Assembly (NCBI GenBank): GCA_964016885.1
Contig: OZ024742.1
Location: 63,984,001 to 64,048,000, forward strand
DNA: 64,000 nt
Direction of reading: 5' to 3'
From: Eledone cirrhosa
Taxonomy: Eukaryota
This document shows, piece after piece, positions 27,617 through 41,454 of the stretch (the first letter of the stretch is position 1; each line of letters starts with the position of its first letter). A program made the translations under genes and the position numbers. The notes under the pieces were generated by a model. It was given only the letters and a program-made list of their open reading frames with translations, made no database searches and was not told the origin of the DNA.

Positions 27617-29582
27617 GTTTTTTTTTTTGTTTTCCCATTCATAGTATATCTAGGATTACATTGTCCAGTGTTACTCTCTTGTTATATATAATAGTAGGTT
27701 GTGATTTGAGGAAGCTGTAGTTTTGGTATGTCGAACAAGCAACTACTTTAAGACGACTCTCCTCTAATTATTGTCACCTCTGTACCATCGACTGAATTAT
27801 TCTGGAATGCTGTATATTATGAATGCACGTAGCTTAGTGGGTGTTTCACACACATGGGTCCAATTCATAGAGCGGGTGACAGGTTGTGCAAACTACTGTA
27901 TTTCAAATTGTTCCTTTGCCTGAAATTGCAACCAGAAGATAGTATCAGCAATGGAAAGATCAATGGAAACGTTTCTTTGATTATTAACTCCTTTCTTCTG
28001 CCAGGAGTTGCAAGCAGTAGATAGTCTCGTTTTTTTCTTTTTCGTTTCATTTTTTTCTTCTTTCTTTGTATATTGACTGAGGTATTTATACAGAACGGTA
28101 CAAAGACAATAATTTGTAAGAGAGGTGTCATAGTCAATGGAATTCTTCTCAGTATCTATTATATCAACTGTGAGAAGAACGGAAGTTTGAGAAGTACGCT
28201 TCACTGTCATGGAACCTTGGATTCTATCCCACAGCATAGCATCTCGAGCAAGTGTCTTAACCATAGCCACATATACCGACAAACAACTTTATTATCATCA
28301 TCTTTTAACATCCCCTTTCCCTGTTAGTAAGTGTTAAACGGTTCTCCACAGACCGAGTCAGTACTGAAGTATGTCTACTGACCTCCCAGACAGGCCAGAT
28401 GTCCGCAACTCCTTTACATACAATCCCACGCTCTACCAAGTGAGCGTATTTTATCGTTACACCAGCACTAGGGAGATTGTCATATTTTTTAACATAACTG
28501 AAAGGTCTTCCCAACACTTTCTTTAGCAAGCTTTCTATAGCTGGATGCCATACCTATCACCAACCACTTTACAGCGTGTACAGAGTACGTTTATCGTATA
28601 TATTACCAACACTAGAGAGATTGTCGGGCCGTTGACACTAATTTTGACATGCTTTCTACAGTGGATCCCACTATCACTAATCACCTTACAGGGTATACTG
28701 GGTGCATTTTTGTGGCACAAACACGAGAGAGGTTATCGGTTATTGCCCCAACTGAATATCCCACTCTGCTCCGCGGGGTCAGGGGAGGAAAGGAGAAGAG
28801 ATATAAGTATGGAGTTATGACTTGCGTGTAGACGGAAACTGTGTTAAGGGTGGTCGAACGGACTGAACCTGTTGCATATTGTGTCATGATGACGCGGTCA
28901 GAGTATACATTATGGGCATACGTGTCTGTGGAATACTCAGCTGCTTCCACTATAATTCAATGAGAACGTAGCCCAGTAGATCGAACATCTGAATGCTAAT
29001 CGTCTTCAGAAGTGTGATTTTGGTGAGTTTTGAACTCAGGACATAAAAGGTGGTATCTAAATACAGCAACGCATTTTGAAATTCATTTTTTCTTAATCTA
29101 TATAAATGCAGCTTTATAAAAAATTCCATCATCATCATCATCGTCATCATCAACAACAAACAACATAACGTACGCATTGTTTCGCTCTTATTTCACCCAA
29201 ACACTTAATTATTTTGATCAGATATCTCAGAGAACGCATATTTCTTCTAATTCCCTTCATGTTTTCTTTGCATTCAAGCCCCAGTAACACACATTTTTCG
29301 ACGACGATACACTTCTATATAAAAGTATGCGATTATTACAAAAACATAATAGATGACGTCATTATGACGTCCCACTCCCAGCAGAAAAAGAACAGTAGTG
29401 TAAAACACAACCAAACAGTATTATGTACTACCCACACACACACACATGTACATACATATATAGAGAAATGACGTTAAATGATGATGAAGATCATCATCAT
29501 ATATAAATATATAGTACTATATATATATAAATGAAAGTTATAGAAAGTATTGTAGCAAGAAGCCAACAGTATTCCATAGTAC

Positions 29583-29652
<70 letters not shown>

Positions 29653-30774
29653 TGTGCGCGCGTGCTTATACATACATAAAAAACAAGTTGTTAGAGCGTT
29701 GGGCTCAAAATTGTGAGGCTGTGAGGTTCGATTCCTGACCCAGATGGTATATCGTGTTCTTGAGCAAGACGCTTTATTTCACATTGCTCCGGGTCCCTCA
29801 ACCGGAAAAAGTTAGTTGCTTTGTCACTGGAGCCAATCTATGTCAGCCTTTGCCTTTCTTTTGGACAACATCGGTAATGTGGAGAGGGGAGACAAGTATG
29901 CATGGATGACTGCTGGTCTTCCACAAAATACTCCTTGCTCAAGTTTGTGTTTCAGAAGCGAACTTTCTAGATGACCTATGGTCATTCCTGGCCGAGGGTG
30001 TCTTTGACCTTTTACATACATATGGACAGACTATCTGATGGGCCATTTAAACACAGCAAAACCCCAGAGTGACAGGAGACTGACTTAATGAAATTAATTA
30101 TCTCTGTTATGGTATTAAATACCTATTCTTGTAGCTGTCAATACTAAACGTATATACAGTTGTACTCTGGGAGGGTCATACTGCCAATGAAGAACACATG
30201 CATAGCGTTTCCCCGAGTGCAAATCTCACCATGGTTGACTATGCCTTTTGTTCCTCTCAATGTTGATAGAATACATACCAGTAATATACTGAGAAATATT
30301 TCATTGAGTTTGAAGGGCACCCAGCTATAGAAAACCAGCCCCAAAACACCCAGCCCAACTGTAAAGTGGACGTGAAAAAGACATGGCAAAAAGCACCCAA
30401 CACACACTGTCAATGTAGTTGGCGTTGGGAAGGGCATCCAGCCATAGAAAACCAGACAGAAACTCTCCTATATGAGCAAGACACGGTCACCCGACCCAAC
30501 TTGCCACTAATTGGGACAAACCTGTCTAACCCATGCTAGCGTGGAAGATAGACATTAATCGACGATGTTATTTTCTGACTTTGTCCAATGTTAGAAATCT
30601 GTGTTCACATACACATGTACACAAACATGCACACAGAAATAGCAGTCAAATCTATCTCAAATTACATTCCAATGTTTTGAAAATTGGATAATGTTGTTTT
30701 AGATATGAAATGCTTGAGAGAAGGATGAGATGGTCCTAGCAGGAATGGTTCTGATTGATGGATGACTAAATATA

Positions 30775-31870
30775 CCTGCCCCCGTGCTCAAATTGTAGGC
30801 TATTTTCTTTTCTAACTTTATCACAAAGCTACAAATGTATATAGGTAGGCAATATACAATCCAACCACAGTCGTTCATCTTTTTGAGCTCTGTGTTTTAC
30901 TTTCTTATCTTTTTCAGTATATTTCTGTAACACAGAGTGGCCTTCATCATTGTTCTGCTTTCTTTGATGTAGAGCTTTTCTTTCCTTAATTAGTTGCCAG
31001 GTGTGGTCACTAATCCATATTTCCCTAATGGAATTCTTGTTCCCCAGTACTTCTTCACCAGCTGTTGTCGTTGCTTCTTTTAGGCTTTCCCATCCTTATG
31101 GAATATCAAGCATGCTTATTGCATAAATTCCAAGGTTGTCTCAGCCATCAAGGATTTATTTACTGGTTCAAAATGCTGCGTAAGGACTGAGGATGGCTAT
31201 AGTGAGTGGTTTAAGGTCACTACAGGACTCTGCCAAGGATACCTGATATTTCTGATTCTCTTTGCTTTGGTTCTCTACAGGGTTCTCAGAAGGGCAAGAG
31301 AAGATAAGGGGAGTGACTGGCTAGAGGAACAGAAGCTCTCAGACTTTGACTTTGCAGATGATATTGCAGCTATGGACAAAAGTACATCCAATTTGCAGTA
31401 TCTGATAGATGAGATAGGGCCATCTGCAGCCAGCAATGGTCTCCACATGAGTGTATATATGAGTGCAAAAGGTGGAGTGTGAATACCAGCCAAGAGAACC
31501 AATTAGATGCTTTTGACACCAAATGCCTATGGAAAATCCTTGGCATAAGGTGAGATGGCTTCATCATCAACAAAGAAGTTTGTCAACGAACCCACTAGCT
31601 ACATGTGTCTAACATCATGTGCAAGAGTCGACTTGGCTGATTGGGACACATCACACGATTCCCAAGTGAGAGACATACTAATCAGGACCTATATTGGTGC
31701 CTTGAAGCAAAAAGGATGTCCCAAGATCAACTGACAGTAGACAATCAACAAAGACCTGAAACCTGTCAACAACAGTTGGAACAATGCATTGATAGATGCA
31801 ACTGACCTTGGTTATTGGAGCACTTTGGCTGCTTTATGTGTTTCAAGCCACAGGAGTTTCTAAGTAATGT
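30775..31870 (+). pseudogene. Decayed RTE-like LINE with inverted 5' segment
   Basis: Plus strand 31090-31870 has SEWFKVTTG and DFADD; minus strand 30775-31085 has EEVLG...WISDHTWQLIKERK, the linker upstream of RT. Confidence 0.75.
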
Positions 31871-32800
31871 ACCATAATGATAGGCCATATGTTTTTGTAT
31901 ATTTATGTATATGTGTGTGTGTGTCTGTAACACTTTATAAGTTATACACATAAACATACAATGCATTTCTTATCTCAGTCATGTTGCTACTATAAGAAGT
32001 TGTCCTTGTAAATAGTTATTTCTCCAAACTTACTAATGCATTTAATCCTGTATATCATTTGTACATATATGCTGAACACTTATGTAATTATAGCCTAGAA
32101 ATATATTATGAAAATATTTTTAGCTTTAATTGCTTCCACTTGTTCGTAATCAATATAAACTGTAGGATATCTCTTATGCAAGCCACTAATTTATCAAAAT
32201 GCAAATTTCCCAGTTTGTATGATTGTTCATGTACAATCCTGGTATATATGGCATACAAATCCAAAAATAAGATGCTATTGGCATCATTATTTATGACACT
32301 GGTTTATTAATATTAAATAAAGAAATATATAGACATACAATATGTTTATGTATAAAAAACATACCTATAGTCTTGCTGTGAATATATTAAACTGTGATAA
32401 TATCACAGCTATTTTACTAAATGGCCTAATACAGCTGTATATATGTATAACAGGATTGTTATTCATCACCAACAAACATTTATTCCGAGATGCTGAAATA
32501 TGACAGACTTGAAAGTCTTATAGATTTGTAAACAAACTATTTTTGTTGAAAGCTTTTTTACATATAGTGTGCTAAGACTCATTATCATCATAATCACCAT
32601 CATCATCAGCTTGTAAAATCCATTTTCCACGCTAGTATTTGTAAGACAAGTTGTCACATTATGAGACAAGTCAGATCAGGTGACTGTGTCTTGCACTGCA
32701 TGCCCTTCTTAATGCCAACTACATTTACAATATGAACTGACTGATTTTTATCATGGCACCAAAACAATCAACTGATAGGTTGGACCAGGTATTCTTCATC

Positions 32801-32858
<58 letters not shown>

Positions 32859-32863
<5 letters not shown>

Positions 32864-32957
32864 AACCATGGTTCCTATTACCCACTCTACTACCTCAAGT
32901 ATTGAGTACTTTGGTGCGTTATGGTCCACCTGGTTCCTTACCACATTTCCTTCGTTA
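32859..32957 (+). mobile_element. Mini hairpin-plus-tail island
   Basis: Palindrome ATAGGAACCATGGTTCCTAT, then a tail matching 34242-34320. Confidence 0.75.
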
Positions 32958-33534
32958 TATATATATATATATATATCATCATCATCATCATCATCGTTTA
33001 ACGTCCCTGTTTCACGCTTGCATGGGTTTGGACGGGGGTTTTCCCACTTGAGGCAAGAGTGGTTGTCTTGCTCGCATAGGACTGTCTGGCGGGTTTTCTA
33101 CAGCTGGATGCCCTTCCTAACACCAACCACATTTACAGTGTGGGGCTGGGAGGTTTTTACCATGTTGCCTACACGGCCACATTACAGCGTGGACTGTGTG
33201 TTTTTTGTCGTGACACCTACACGATCTCATTTGTTTCGGCCTGGATGTTGTGGCACCAACATAACTTTGCATTGAAGGGGCGGTGTGGATGGGGTGGGAC
33301 GGGGGTGTATTTTGTTAGAGATACCTACTGACTAGTAGGTTTTACTTTGTATTTAGGTAAGGCGGGTCTTCTCTGTTACTGAGTACCGCCAAAGGTCTCG
33401 GTCCAGTGATATTGTCTTGGAGAGGTGTAAGTGTGTGAGGTCGGAATTTATCAAGTTGTCCCAGGTTTTTCTGGGTCTGCCTACTCCGTGGCTACCGTCT
33501 ATTTTTATTATATATATATATATATATATGTATT

Positions 33535-33583
<49 letters not shown>

Positions 33584-33588
<5 letters not shown>

Positions 33589-34320
33589 AAAATGTTTAAC
33601 CCGACGGCAGAGCTCAAGCCATTTCGACGGCTATTTCTGGACTAAATTATAATTTTTAGCGTGGTAATAAATAGCCGAACTTTTCAAGGGGTAATTCCTT
33701 ATATGGGAAGATTGTAGTTGTTAAAAGGATTGGTCAAAATTTCTTGTAAACACAAATAAATCTTTCATGGCAGTGGTTGGGGGGGGGGGGGGAACTTGCC
33801 TGTAGAACAATGAGGGAGTTGATGGAGCCTGTCAAGCGTTGAAAGTGAATTCTATACAGCAAATTCTAAGGAGTGTGTATGAAATTAGGCTAGTTAGGAA
33901 GCAGGTGAAAAAAAGATTCTGGAGGAATTTGAGAGTGGGACGTTATAGAATTAAAAGATTAATAAATTGAGATTAAAAGATAATAAATAAAAAAAGTAAA
34001 AATATTAAAAATTAAATAGTAAAATGTAATTAAAAAAATCTCTATAGTCTAAAGCAACTGCTATATTTTTACTTGGTATTGCGTTTTCGGCCATTCCTTT
34101 TGACAACTACAATCTTCCCCTATAAGGAATTAGCCCTTGAAAAGTTTGGCTATTTATTACCACGCTAAAAATTCTAATTTAGTCCAGAAATAGCCGTTGA
34201 AACGGCTTGGGCTCTGGCGTTGGAGTCATACATTTTCCTATTACCCACTCTACTACCCTAAGTATTGAGTGCTCTGATGCGTTATGGTCCATCTGGTTCC
34301 TTACCACACCTCCTTCGTTA
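33584..34320 (+). mobile_element. Inverted-repeat-plus-tail island
   Basis: Diverged arms 33584-33740 and 34084-34241; tail 34242-34320; TA-flanked. Confidence 0.8.
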
Positions 34321-34325
34321 TATAA

Positions 34326-34359
<34 letters not shown>

Positions 34360-35097
34360 ATATATATATATATCAAATTATGTTGAAAGATTTTAATTTA
34401 AAAAGGAGCCCTTTAAAATGTGTGGCTTTATATCATGACTATGGCTGGATTGGTGTCAAAAGAGTTAAATATTGGTTTCTGATACTAGAATAAGACCTTA
34501 AACAAACTCCATATACTTAACTGATTTATTGACCCCGGAAGGAAGTTGAGATTTGAACTCAGAACATAAAGAACCATCACTAACTATCACAAGGATTTTG
34601 AAATTCCTTTTATCTTAATCTGTATGTATCAGTTTTTCTGGAACGCCTTTAACATAACAATACCAACAGCAGCATAACTGAGGCATGGTTTGTCTATTAT
34701 CTCACCCAAACACTTCATTATTTTGATCAGATATCACTGAGAACACATCTTTCTTTTAACTCCCTTCATTTTCCATTCCATTCACACCCCCAGTAAGCCT
34801 AATTCCTCGCCCAGATGTAAACAGTGTCTAAAAGTACACAGCCAGTACAAAAACAACATACAATTTATGACGTCATTATGATGTTCCAACTAAAATAGAA
34901 CAACATATAGCACAACACATTTCACACACACATGTATGCATACATACATACGAAGACACATACAGACATGCATACATATATGTGTATGTGTGTGGATGTG
35001 TGTGTGAATGTGCATGTATGTATGTGTATATAGCTATTTATATTTATGATTTCAATTTAATGACTGAAAATTGTAAAAGAATAAAAGAATCTATCTG

Positions 35098-37045
35098 TCA
35101 TCATCATCATCATCACTGCCGTTTAACATCCATTTTTCCACACTAGCATGGGTTAGACAAGTTGTTCGGATGTGAGCCAAGCTGGAGCAGATGACTGTCT
35201 CCATCTCCCAGTGGACCGAATTTAGCTGGTTTCTACAGCTGGATGCCCTTCCTAACACTAACCACATTTTAATGTGTACTCGGTGCCTTTTTATCATGGC
35301 ATCAAAACAACCACTTGACAGTGTGGACTGGGATAGGGGAGGTGTATGGAGATTGGAGAGGTAAATCTCAGGTGGGGTTCTTATCAGATGAGGGGGATCA
35401 AGGGGGTTTGTTAGGGCATTGGAGTTGTAAGGAAGGGGGGGGGGGGGGGGGGGGGTAAGCACATACTAGATGTATGCTTCACTCTGTGCACATGGGAATA
35501 CAGGTCTTTTGTATTACTGCATAATGCCAGAGATCACGATCCTGTGTCATCAACTTTTATTAACTCATCCCAAGTCTTCCTAGGTCTTCCTACTCCATAG
35601 CTTCCATCAACTTTGAGTGCCCTGCACCTTTTTTATACAGCTGTCATCCAGCATATGCATCACATGTCCATACCAATGCAATCTCCTCTCCTACACACTA
35701 CAGCTGATCCCTCTCATGCCCAGTTTCTCTCTTTGTTCTTTTATGCCTTATCGTTCATGTATATTACTATTACACATCCATCAAAACATGGAGGCTTCAT
35801 TTCTTTCCAATCTTTGCAAGTCCTCTGCACACAGTGCCCAGTTCTCACTACCATGCAACATTGCTGTTCATATACAGTCGGCCTTTCATTTTGAGGGAAA
35901 AAGCTTTTGTACTTAGCAGTATTAGTAGCTCCTTGAACTTTCTCCAACCCATTCTCACTCTGGCTACTGTGCTTTCAGAATGCTCTCCTCCACTTCTAAT
36001 TTGGTCACCCAGGTAACACAAACTCTCTACTACTTCTGCAGAGCCCTGTGGGTTCTTGCTACTTACTGCACCTGTGCATCTGCTATATGTAAAACTTACT
36101 TTCTTTGTTAGCCTGCCTGAGATCCTATTACATATTTGTGTACCCAGTTTGCATTTGGGACATTGGATGGAATTTCTACTTACAACTTTTCTGCACACTG
36201 AGCAAGTCCATTTCCCTGAAGGTAGCTGGACCCTGTTTCCCTTTCTACATACTATGACTTTCATCTTTGATAAGTTAACTTTAAGACCTTTTGATTGATT
36301 CTAGACCATGCTTCCAGCTTTGGAATTTCTTCCCTAGTTCTACCATAAATTCAGCTGTAAGGGTTAAGTCATCTGAATACTGAAGTTCCGATGGGCAGCC
36401 AGTCTTAAATTCCTCTCTTAGAGCCTGCAGGACAATAATAAACAGGAGAGGGCTAAGAACTGAACTGCGATGAACACTGACCTGCATGCTAAATTCTTTG
36501 CTATAGTCATTGTAAATTCTAACTTTGCTGACTGTTCCTCTATACATGGCTTGTACTACCCTCACAAGCCATTCGTCAACTCCTAGTTTTCTATGAGCTC
36601 ACCAAATAATGGAACAGAGGACTCTGTCAAAAGCTTTCTCCAGGTCAACAAATTCCAAGTAGAGGAGTTTACTTTGAACTAGGTACTTCTCCTGTAGTTG
36701 CCTCACAGGGAAGAGGTCGTCTGTGGTTCTTTTACCTGGCACAAATCCAAACTGCATCTCATCTAGGTTAACTGGATTCCTATTCAGCTGTGCTATAACT
36801 CACTCTTTCTGTGACCTTCATAACTTAGTCAACCAACTTAATGCCTTTGTAGTTTTCTCTGTCTAGAGCATCTCCTATGCCCTTGTAGCAGTTGATGATG
36901 ATGCTACTACACCAGTCATTGGGTATGACACCATTTTGTATTACTTGGTTTACAATATGGATGACTATGATGTGACCCACCATTCCAGATGCTTTCTGCA
37001 TCTCAGCAACTATCCCCAAAGGTCCACCTGCCTTGTCTATCTTCA
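35098..37045 (-). pseudogene. Decayed copy of the Cys-rich RT LINE
   Basis: DWCSSIIINCYKG, SVLSPLLFIIVLQA, YSDD and KWTCSVCRK in broken frames; (CAT)n tail. Confidence 0.9.
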
Positions 37046-37096
37046 TATGCCTTCCTTACTATACAGCTGGTCCCTCTGTTGTGTCAACTTGTTTAT

Positions 37097-37272
37097 ATAT
37101 ATATCAGCATATAGAGAGAAGTACACATTGACATATGTGTTCAATTATTGAATACATATGTCTATGTGTACTTCTCTCTATATGCTGATATATAAAGAGC
37201 CCAGAATCTGTTCCTTGAAATCATTAAATCATAGGGCATGATTGTGAATCTTTAACTCCACTTTTTAATTTG
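37097..37272 (+). mobile_element. Hairpin-plus-tail island
   Basis: ~49-bp arms 37097-37145 and 37147-37194, then a tail containing TTTAACTCCA as at 15265. Confidence 0.7.
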
Positions 37273-37351
37273 TATATATATATATATACACTCACATTAT
37301 ATTTCATTTAACATCCCCTTTCCCTGCGAGCGAGGGTTGAATATATACAGA

Positions 37352-37399
<48 letters not shown>

Positions 37400-37422
<23 letters not shown>

Positions 37423-38265
37423 AAGGTGAGTTTTATTGTAGCATAATAAAGCAATGCAAATTAAACCTTAACTAATTTCTTTTAATATATTATATTATTA
37501 CCATTAGAAAATATTTCGTAAACATATATATTTTTTGATGTTAGATATTTTCTTCCTTAAACATTCTTTTCTTGTTTGCTTTCTGCCCTCATTTTTAAAC
37601 AAACTATTTACGTACACATATTACGCACACATATTACATTACATAAAAACAAACTTAAACCCTAACTAATTCCTCTAAATTCATAACTCATTCATTCTTC
37701 TACTTCTTTTCACATTATATCCTTAATAACATTAATATTTTTATTTTAATAATACATATTAACAATTTCTTTTCCTTGCACATATTATTAAACCCTTCAA
37801 TATACAAACCTTAATTTAATATTATTCTTAATCCCTTTTTTTCTTCATGCATAAACCTCATTAACTTTTAATTTCAAATTCTTTTAAATTATCTATTATC
37901 TTCCAACGGCTTTTTAACTTCTCTCTGTGAGACAATATTTTTTTTTTTCTCGGTTGTAAAGGCTATCTCTCTCTCTCTCTCTATCACCCCTCTCTCCTCC
38001 TCTCTCATCCTTCCTTCTTATACTCCTCCCCCAACATTCTTTACTCTCATCTCCTCCTCTTCCTTACCTTTTCCTACCCCCCTCATACATCAATCTTAAA
38101 TTATTTTTCATATGTTGATTTAAAACTTCACTATTCACAAGTGTTTTTTAAGCTTCATATCATGTATCCCTATTTTATCTGATGAAAACGCATATATCAT
38201 CCCATTGTTTTTGAAATGCGCATAATAAAATACTTGGAACTATTTTAACCATCTTTTGATCTTAT
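37400..38265 (+). mobile_element. AT/pyrimidine-rich pLTR-like element ending in an HHR
   Basis: 3' part repeated at 18760-18912; internal parts repeated at 40811-41458. Confidence 0.6.
38171..38232 (+). ncRNA. Minimal type I hammerhead ribozyme (paralogue of 18810-18880)
   Basis: TATTTTAT CTGATGA AAACGCA...TGTTTTT GAAA T GCGC A TA ATAAAATA; perfect 8-bp helix I, 9-nt deletion in helix II. Confidence 0.8.
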
Positions 38266-38267
38266 AT

Positions 38268-39010
38268 TCATCATCATCATCATCATCGTTTAACGTCCCT
38301 GTTCCACGCTTGCATGGGTTTGGACGGGGGTTTTCCCACTTGAGGCAAGAGTGGTTCTCTTGCTCGCATAGGACTGTCTGGCGGGTTTTCTACAGCTGGA
38401 TGCCCTTCCTAACACCAACCACATTTACAGTGTGGGGCTGGGAGGTTTTTACCGTGTTGCCTACACGGCCACATTACAGCGTGGACTGTCTGGCGTGTTT
38501 TCTACAGCTGGATGCCCTTCCTAACACCAACCACATTTACAGTGTGGGACTGGCAGGTTTTTACCGTGTTGCCTACATGGCCACATTACAGCGTGGACTG
38601 TGTGTTTTTTGTTGTGACACCTACACGATCTCATTTGTTTCGGCCTGGATGTTGTGGCACCAACATAACTTTGCATTGAAGGGGGCGGTGTGGATGGGGT
38701 GGGACGGGGGTGTATTTTGTTAGAGATGCCTACTGACTAGTAGGTTTTCCTTTGTATTTAGGTAAGGCGGGTCTTCTCTGTTACTGAGTACCGCCAAAGG
38801 TCTCGGTCCAGTGACATTGTCTTGGAGAGGTGTAAGTGTGTGAGGTCGGAATTTATCAGCTCGTCCCAGGTTTTCCTGGGTCTGCCTACTCCGTGGCTAC
38901 CATCTATCTTTATTGCCCTGCACTTTGTTATACAGCTGTCGTCTTTCATGCGCATCACGTGACCATACCAACGTAGCCTTCTCTCGAGTAAACAACATCT
39001 GATCCCTCTT
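38268..39010 (-). mobile_element. LINE 3' end (RRLRWYGHV...GRPRKTW plus 3' UTR and (CAT)n); shorter copy at 32977-33500
   Basis: Translation and shared 3' UTR motif CTACAGCTGGATGCCCTTCCTAACACCAAC. Confidence 0.85.
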
Positions 39011-40810
39011 ATCATCATCATCATCACCATTTTACGTCCGTTCTTCCACGCTAGCATGGGTTAGACGGGTTGTCCTGTTGTGGGCAGTGTCTGGTCGGCT
39101 GACCATGCCTTGCTCATACAGGAACTGATCTGGCTTGATTTCTACAGCTGGATGCCCTTCCTAACACCAACCTCATTTACAGTGAGTGCTGGGTGCTTTT
39201 TCGTGGCGCCTACACGTCCACTTTACAGTGTGGGCTGGGTGCTTTTTTGCCGTGGCACCTCCACGACCACCTTGCGGTGGGGGGGGGGGGGGGGGGCATA
39301 TTGTTTATATGCTTCAGCATGTACCCATGGGAGGTCGGGTACCCTGTATTACTGCGTGACGCCAGAAGTCACGGTCGTGTGTCATTGACTTTGAGAGGTG
39401 TAGTTGGGTAAGGTCGGCTTTTATCACCTCATCCCAAGTCATCTTGGGTCTCCCCACTCCGCGGTTTCCATCAACTTCTAGTGCTCTGCACCTTTTTATG
39501 CAGCTGTCATCCTTCATACGCATCACATGTCCATACCAGCGTAACCGCCTCTCCTGCACGCAGCATTTGATTCCTCTTATGCTCAGTCTCTCTCTCAATT
39601 CATTTATGCTTTGTCGTTCACGTATATTACTGTTACACATCCATCGGAGCATGCAGGCTTCGTTTCTCTCTAATCTACGTAAGTCTTCCACCTTCAGCGC
39701 CCAGGTCTCACTACCATGCAACATCGCTGTTCGGATACACGCATCATACAGTCTGCCTTTCATTCTGAGGGAGAAGCCTTTTGCAGCTAGCAGTGGTAGT
39801 AGTTCCCTAAACTTCTTCCATCCCGTTCTTACCCTAGTTATTGTACTTTCTGAGCACCCACCTCCGTTGCTAATTCGGTCACCTAGGTAGCAGAAGCTGT
39901 CTACTGTTTCTACAGGGCCCTCCCAGAGATTGGTGGTACTTGTTTCCTGTGGCTGTTTGCTTGCTGTTTCAGCACAGCTGCTGCATGTGAATCCTACATT
40001 CTTAATTAAGCTTCCTGAGATCCCGCTACATCTCTTGTGTACCCATTGTTTGCATTTGGGGCAAAGAATGGAGTTCCTACCTACACCTTTCCTACATACT
40101 GAGCAAGGCCATTTCCCTGAGGGGATCTGGGTTCTGTTTTCTCGTCTACTTATAAGGACCTTAGTCTTTGTCATGTTGACTTTGAGGCCCTTTCTCTCTA
40201 GTCCCTGCTTCCAGGTTTGGAATTTATTCTCTAGTTCTACCATAGATTCAGCTATGAGTGCGAGGTCATCAGCATACAGGAGTTCCCATGGGCATCCGGT
40301 CTTAAACTCCTCCGTTATTGCCTGCAGGACTATGATGAACAGGAGAGGGCTAAGAACAGAGCCCTGGTGGACCCCAACCTGTACGCTAAATTCCTCGCTA
40401 TACTCATTGCCAATCCTAACTTTGCTGACTGCTCCCCTATACATGGCTTGTACCGCTTTCACAAGCCATTCATCTACTCCTAGTTTTCTAAGAGCCCACC
40501 AGATTACTGCACGTGGAACTCTGTCAAAGGCTTTCTCAAGGTCGACAAATGCCAGGTAGAGTGGCTTACTTTTAGCTAGGTACTTTTCCTGTAATTGCCT
40601 CACAAGGAAGAGCGCATCAGTGGTGCCTTTCCCTGGAACAAACCCAAATTGCATCTCGTCTATATTCACCCGGTCCCTAATCAGCTGTGCTATAACTCTT
40701 TCTGTTACTTTCATGACCTGGTCCATCAACTTTATACCTCTATAGTTTCCTCTATCTAGTGCATCGCCTTTACCTTTGTAGCAGTTGACAATGATGCTAC
40801 TGCACCAATC
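39011..40810 (-). mobile_element. 5'-truncated RTE-type LINE with intact RT frame and 3' UTR
   Basis: Open RT frame, 300-nt 3' UTR, (GAT)n tail. Confidence 0.92.
39314..40810 (-). CDS. Non-LTR reverse transcriptase (partial) with PHD-like Cys-rich insertion
   Basis: NYRGIKL, QFGF, FVDLEKAFDRV, GVHQGSVLSPLLF, YADD, CSVC..CPKCKQWVHKRC..CSSC, FCYLG, RRLRWYGHV. The ORF track's first 14 aa come from unrelated flank. Confidence 0.92.
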   Translation of the reverse strand, partial: DWCSSIIVNCYKGKGDALDRGNYRGIKLMDQVMKVTERVIAQLIRDRVNIDEMQFGFVPGKGTTDALFLVRQLQEKYLAKSKPLYLAFVDLEKAFDRVPRAVIWWALRKLGVDEWLVKAVQAMYRGAVSKVRIGNEYSEEFSVQVGVHQGSVLSPLLFIIVLQAITEEFKTGCPWELLYADDLALIAESMVELENKFQTWKQGLERKGLKVNMTKTKVLISRRENRTQIPSGKWPCSVCRKGVGRNSILCPKCKQWVHKRCSGISGSLIKNVGFTCSSCAETASKQPQETSTTNLWEGPVETVDSFCYLGDRISNGGGCSESTITRVRTGWKKFRELLPLLAAKGFSLRMKGRLYDACIRTAMLHGSETWALKVEDLRRLERNEACMLRWMCNSNIRERQSINELRERLSIRGIKCCVQERRLRWYGHVMRMKDDSCIKRCRALEVDGNRGVGRPKMTWDEVIKADLTQLHLSKSMTHDRDFWRHAVIQGTRPPMGTC

Positions 40811-41454
40811 TATTATTCTTAATCCCTTTTTTTCTTCATGCATAAACCTCATTAACTTTTAATTTCAAATTCGGCTTTTTAACTTCTCTCTGTGAAGCAA
40901 TATATTTTTTTTTCTCAGTTGTAAAGGCTATCTCTCTCTCTCTATCACCCATCTCTCCTCCTCTCTCATCCTTCCTTCTTATATTATATATTACATTACA
41001 TAAAAACAAACTTAAACCCTAACTAATTCCTCTAAATTCATAACTCATTCATTCTTCTACTTCTTTTCACATTATATCCTTAATAACATTAATATTTTTA
41101 TTTTAATAATACATATTAACAATCTCTTTCCTCGCACATATTATTAAATCCTTCAATATACAAACCTTAATTTAATATTATTCTTAATCCCTTTTTTTCT
41201 TCATGCATAAACCTCATTAACTTTTAATTTCAAATTCGGCTTTTTAACTTCTCTCTGTGAAGCAATATATTTTTTTTTCTCAGTTGTAAAGGCTATCTCT
41301 CTCTCTCTATCACCCATCTCTCCTCCTCTCTCATCCTTCCTTCTTATACTCCTCCCCCCACCATTCTTTAATCTCATCTCCTCCTCTTCCTTACCTTTTC
41401 CTACCCCCCCCCCATACATCAATCTTAAATTATTTTTCATATGTTGATTTAAAA

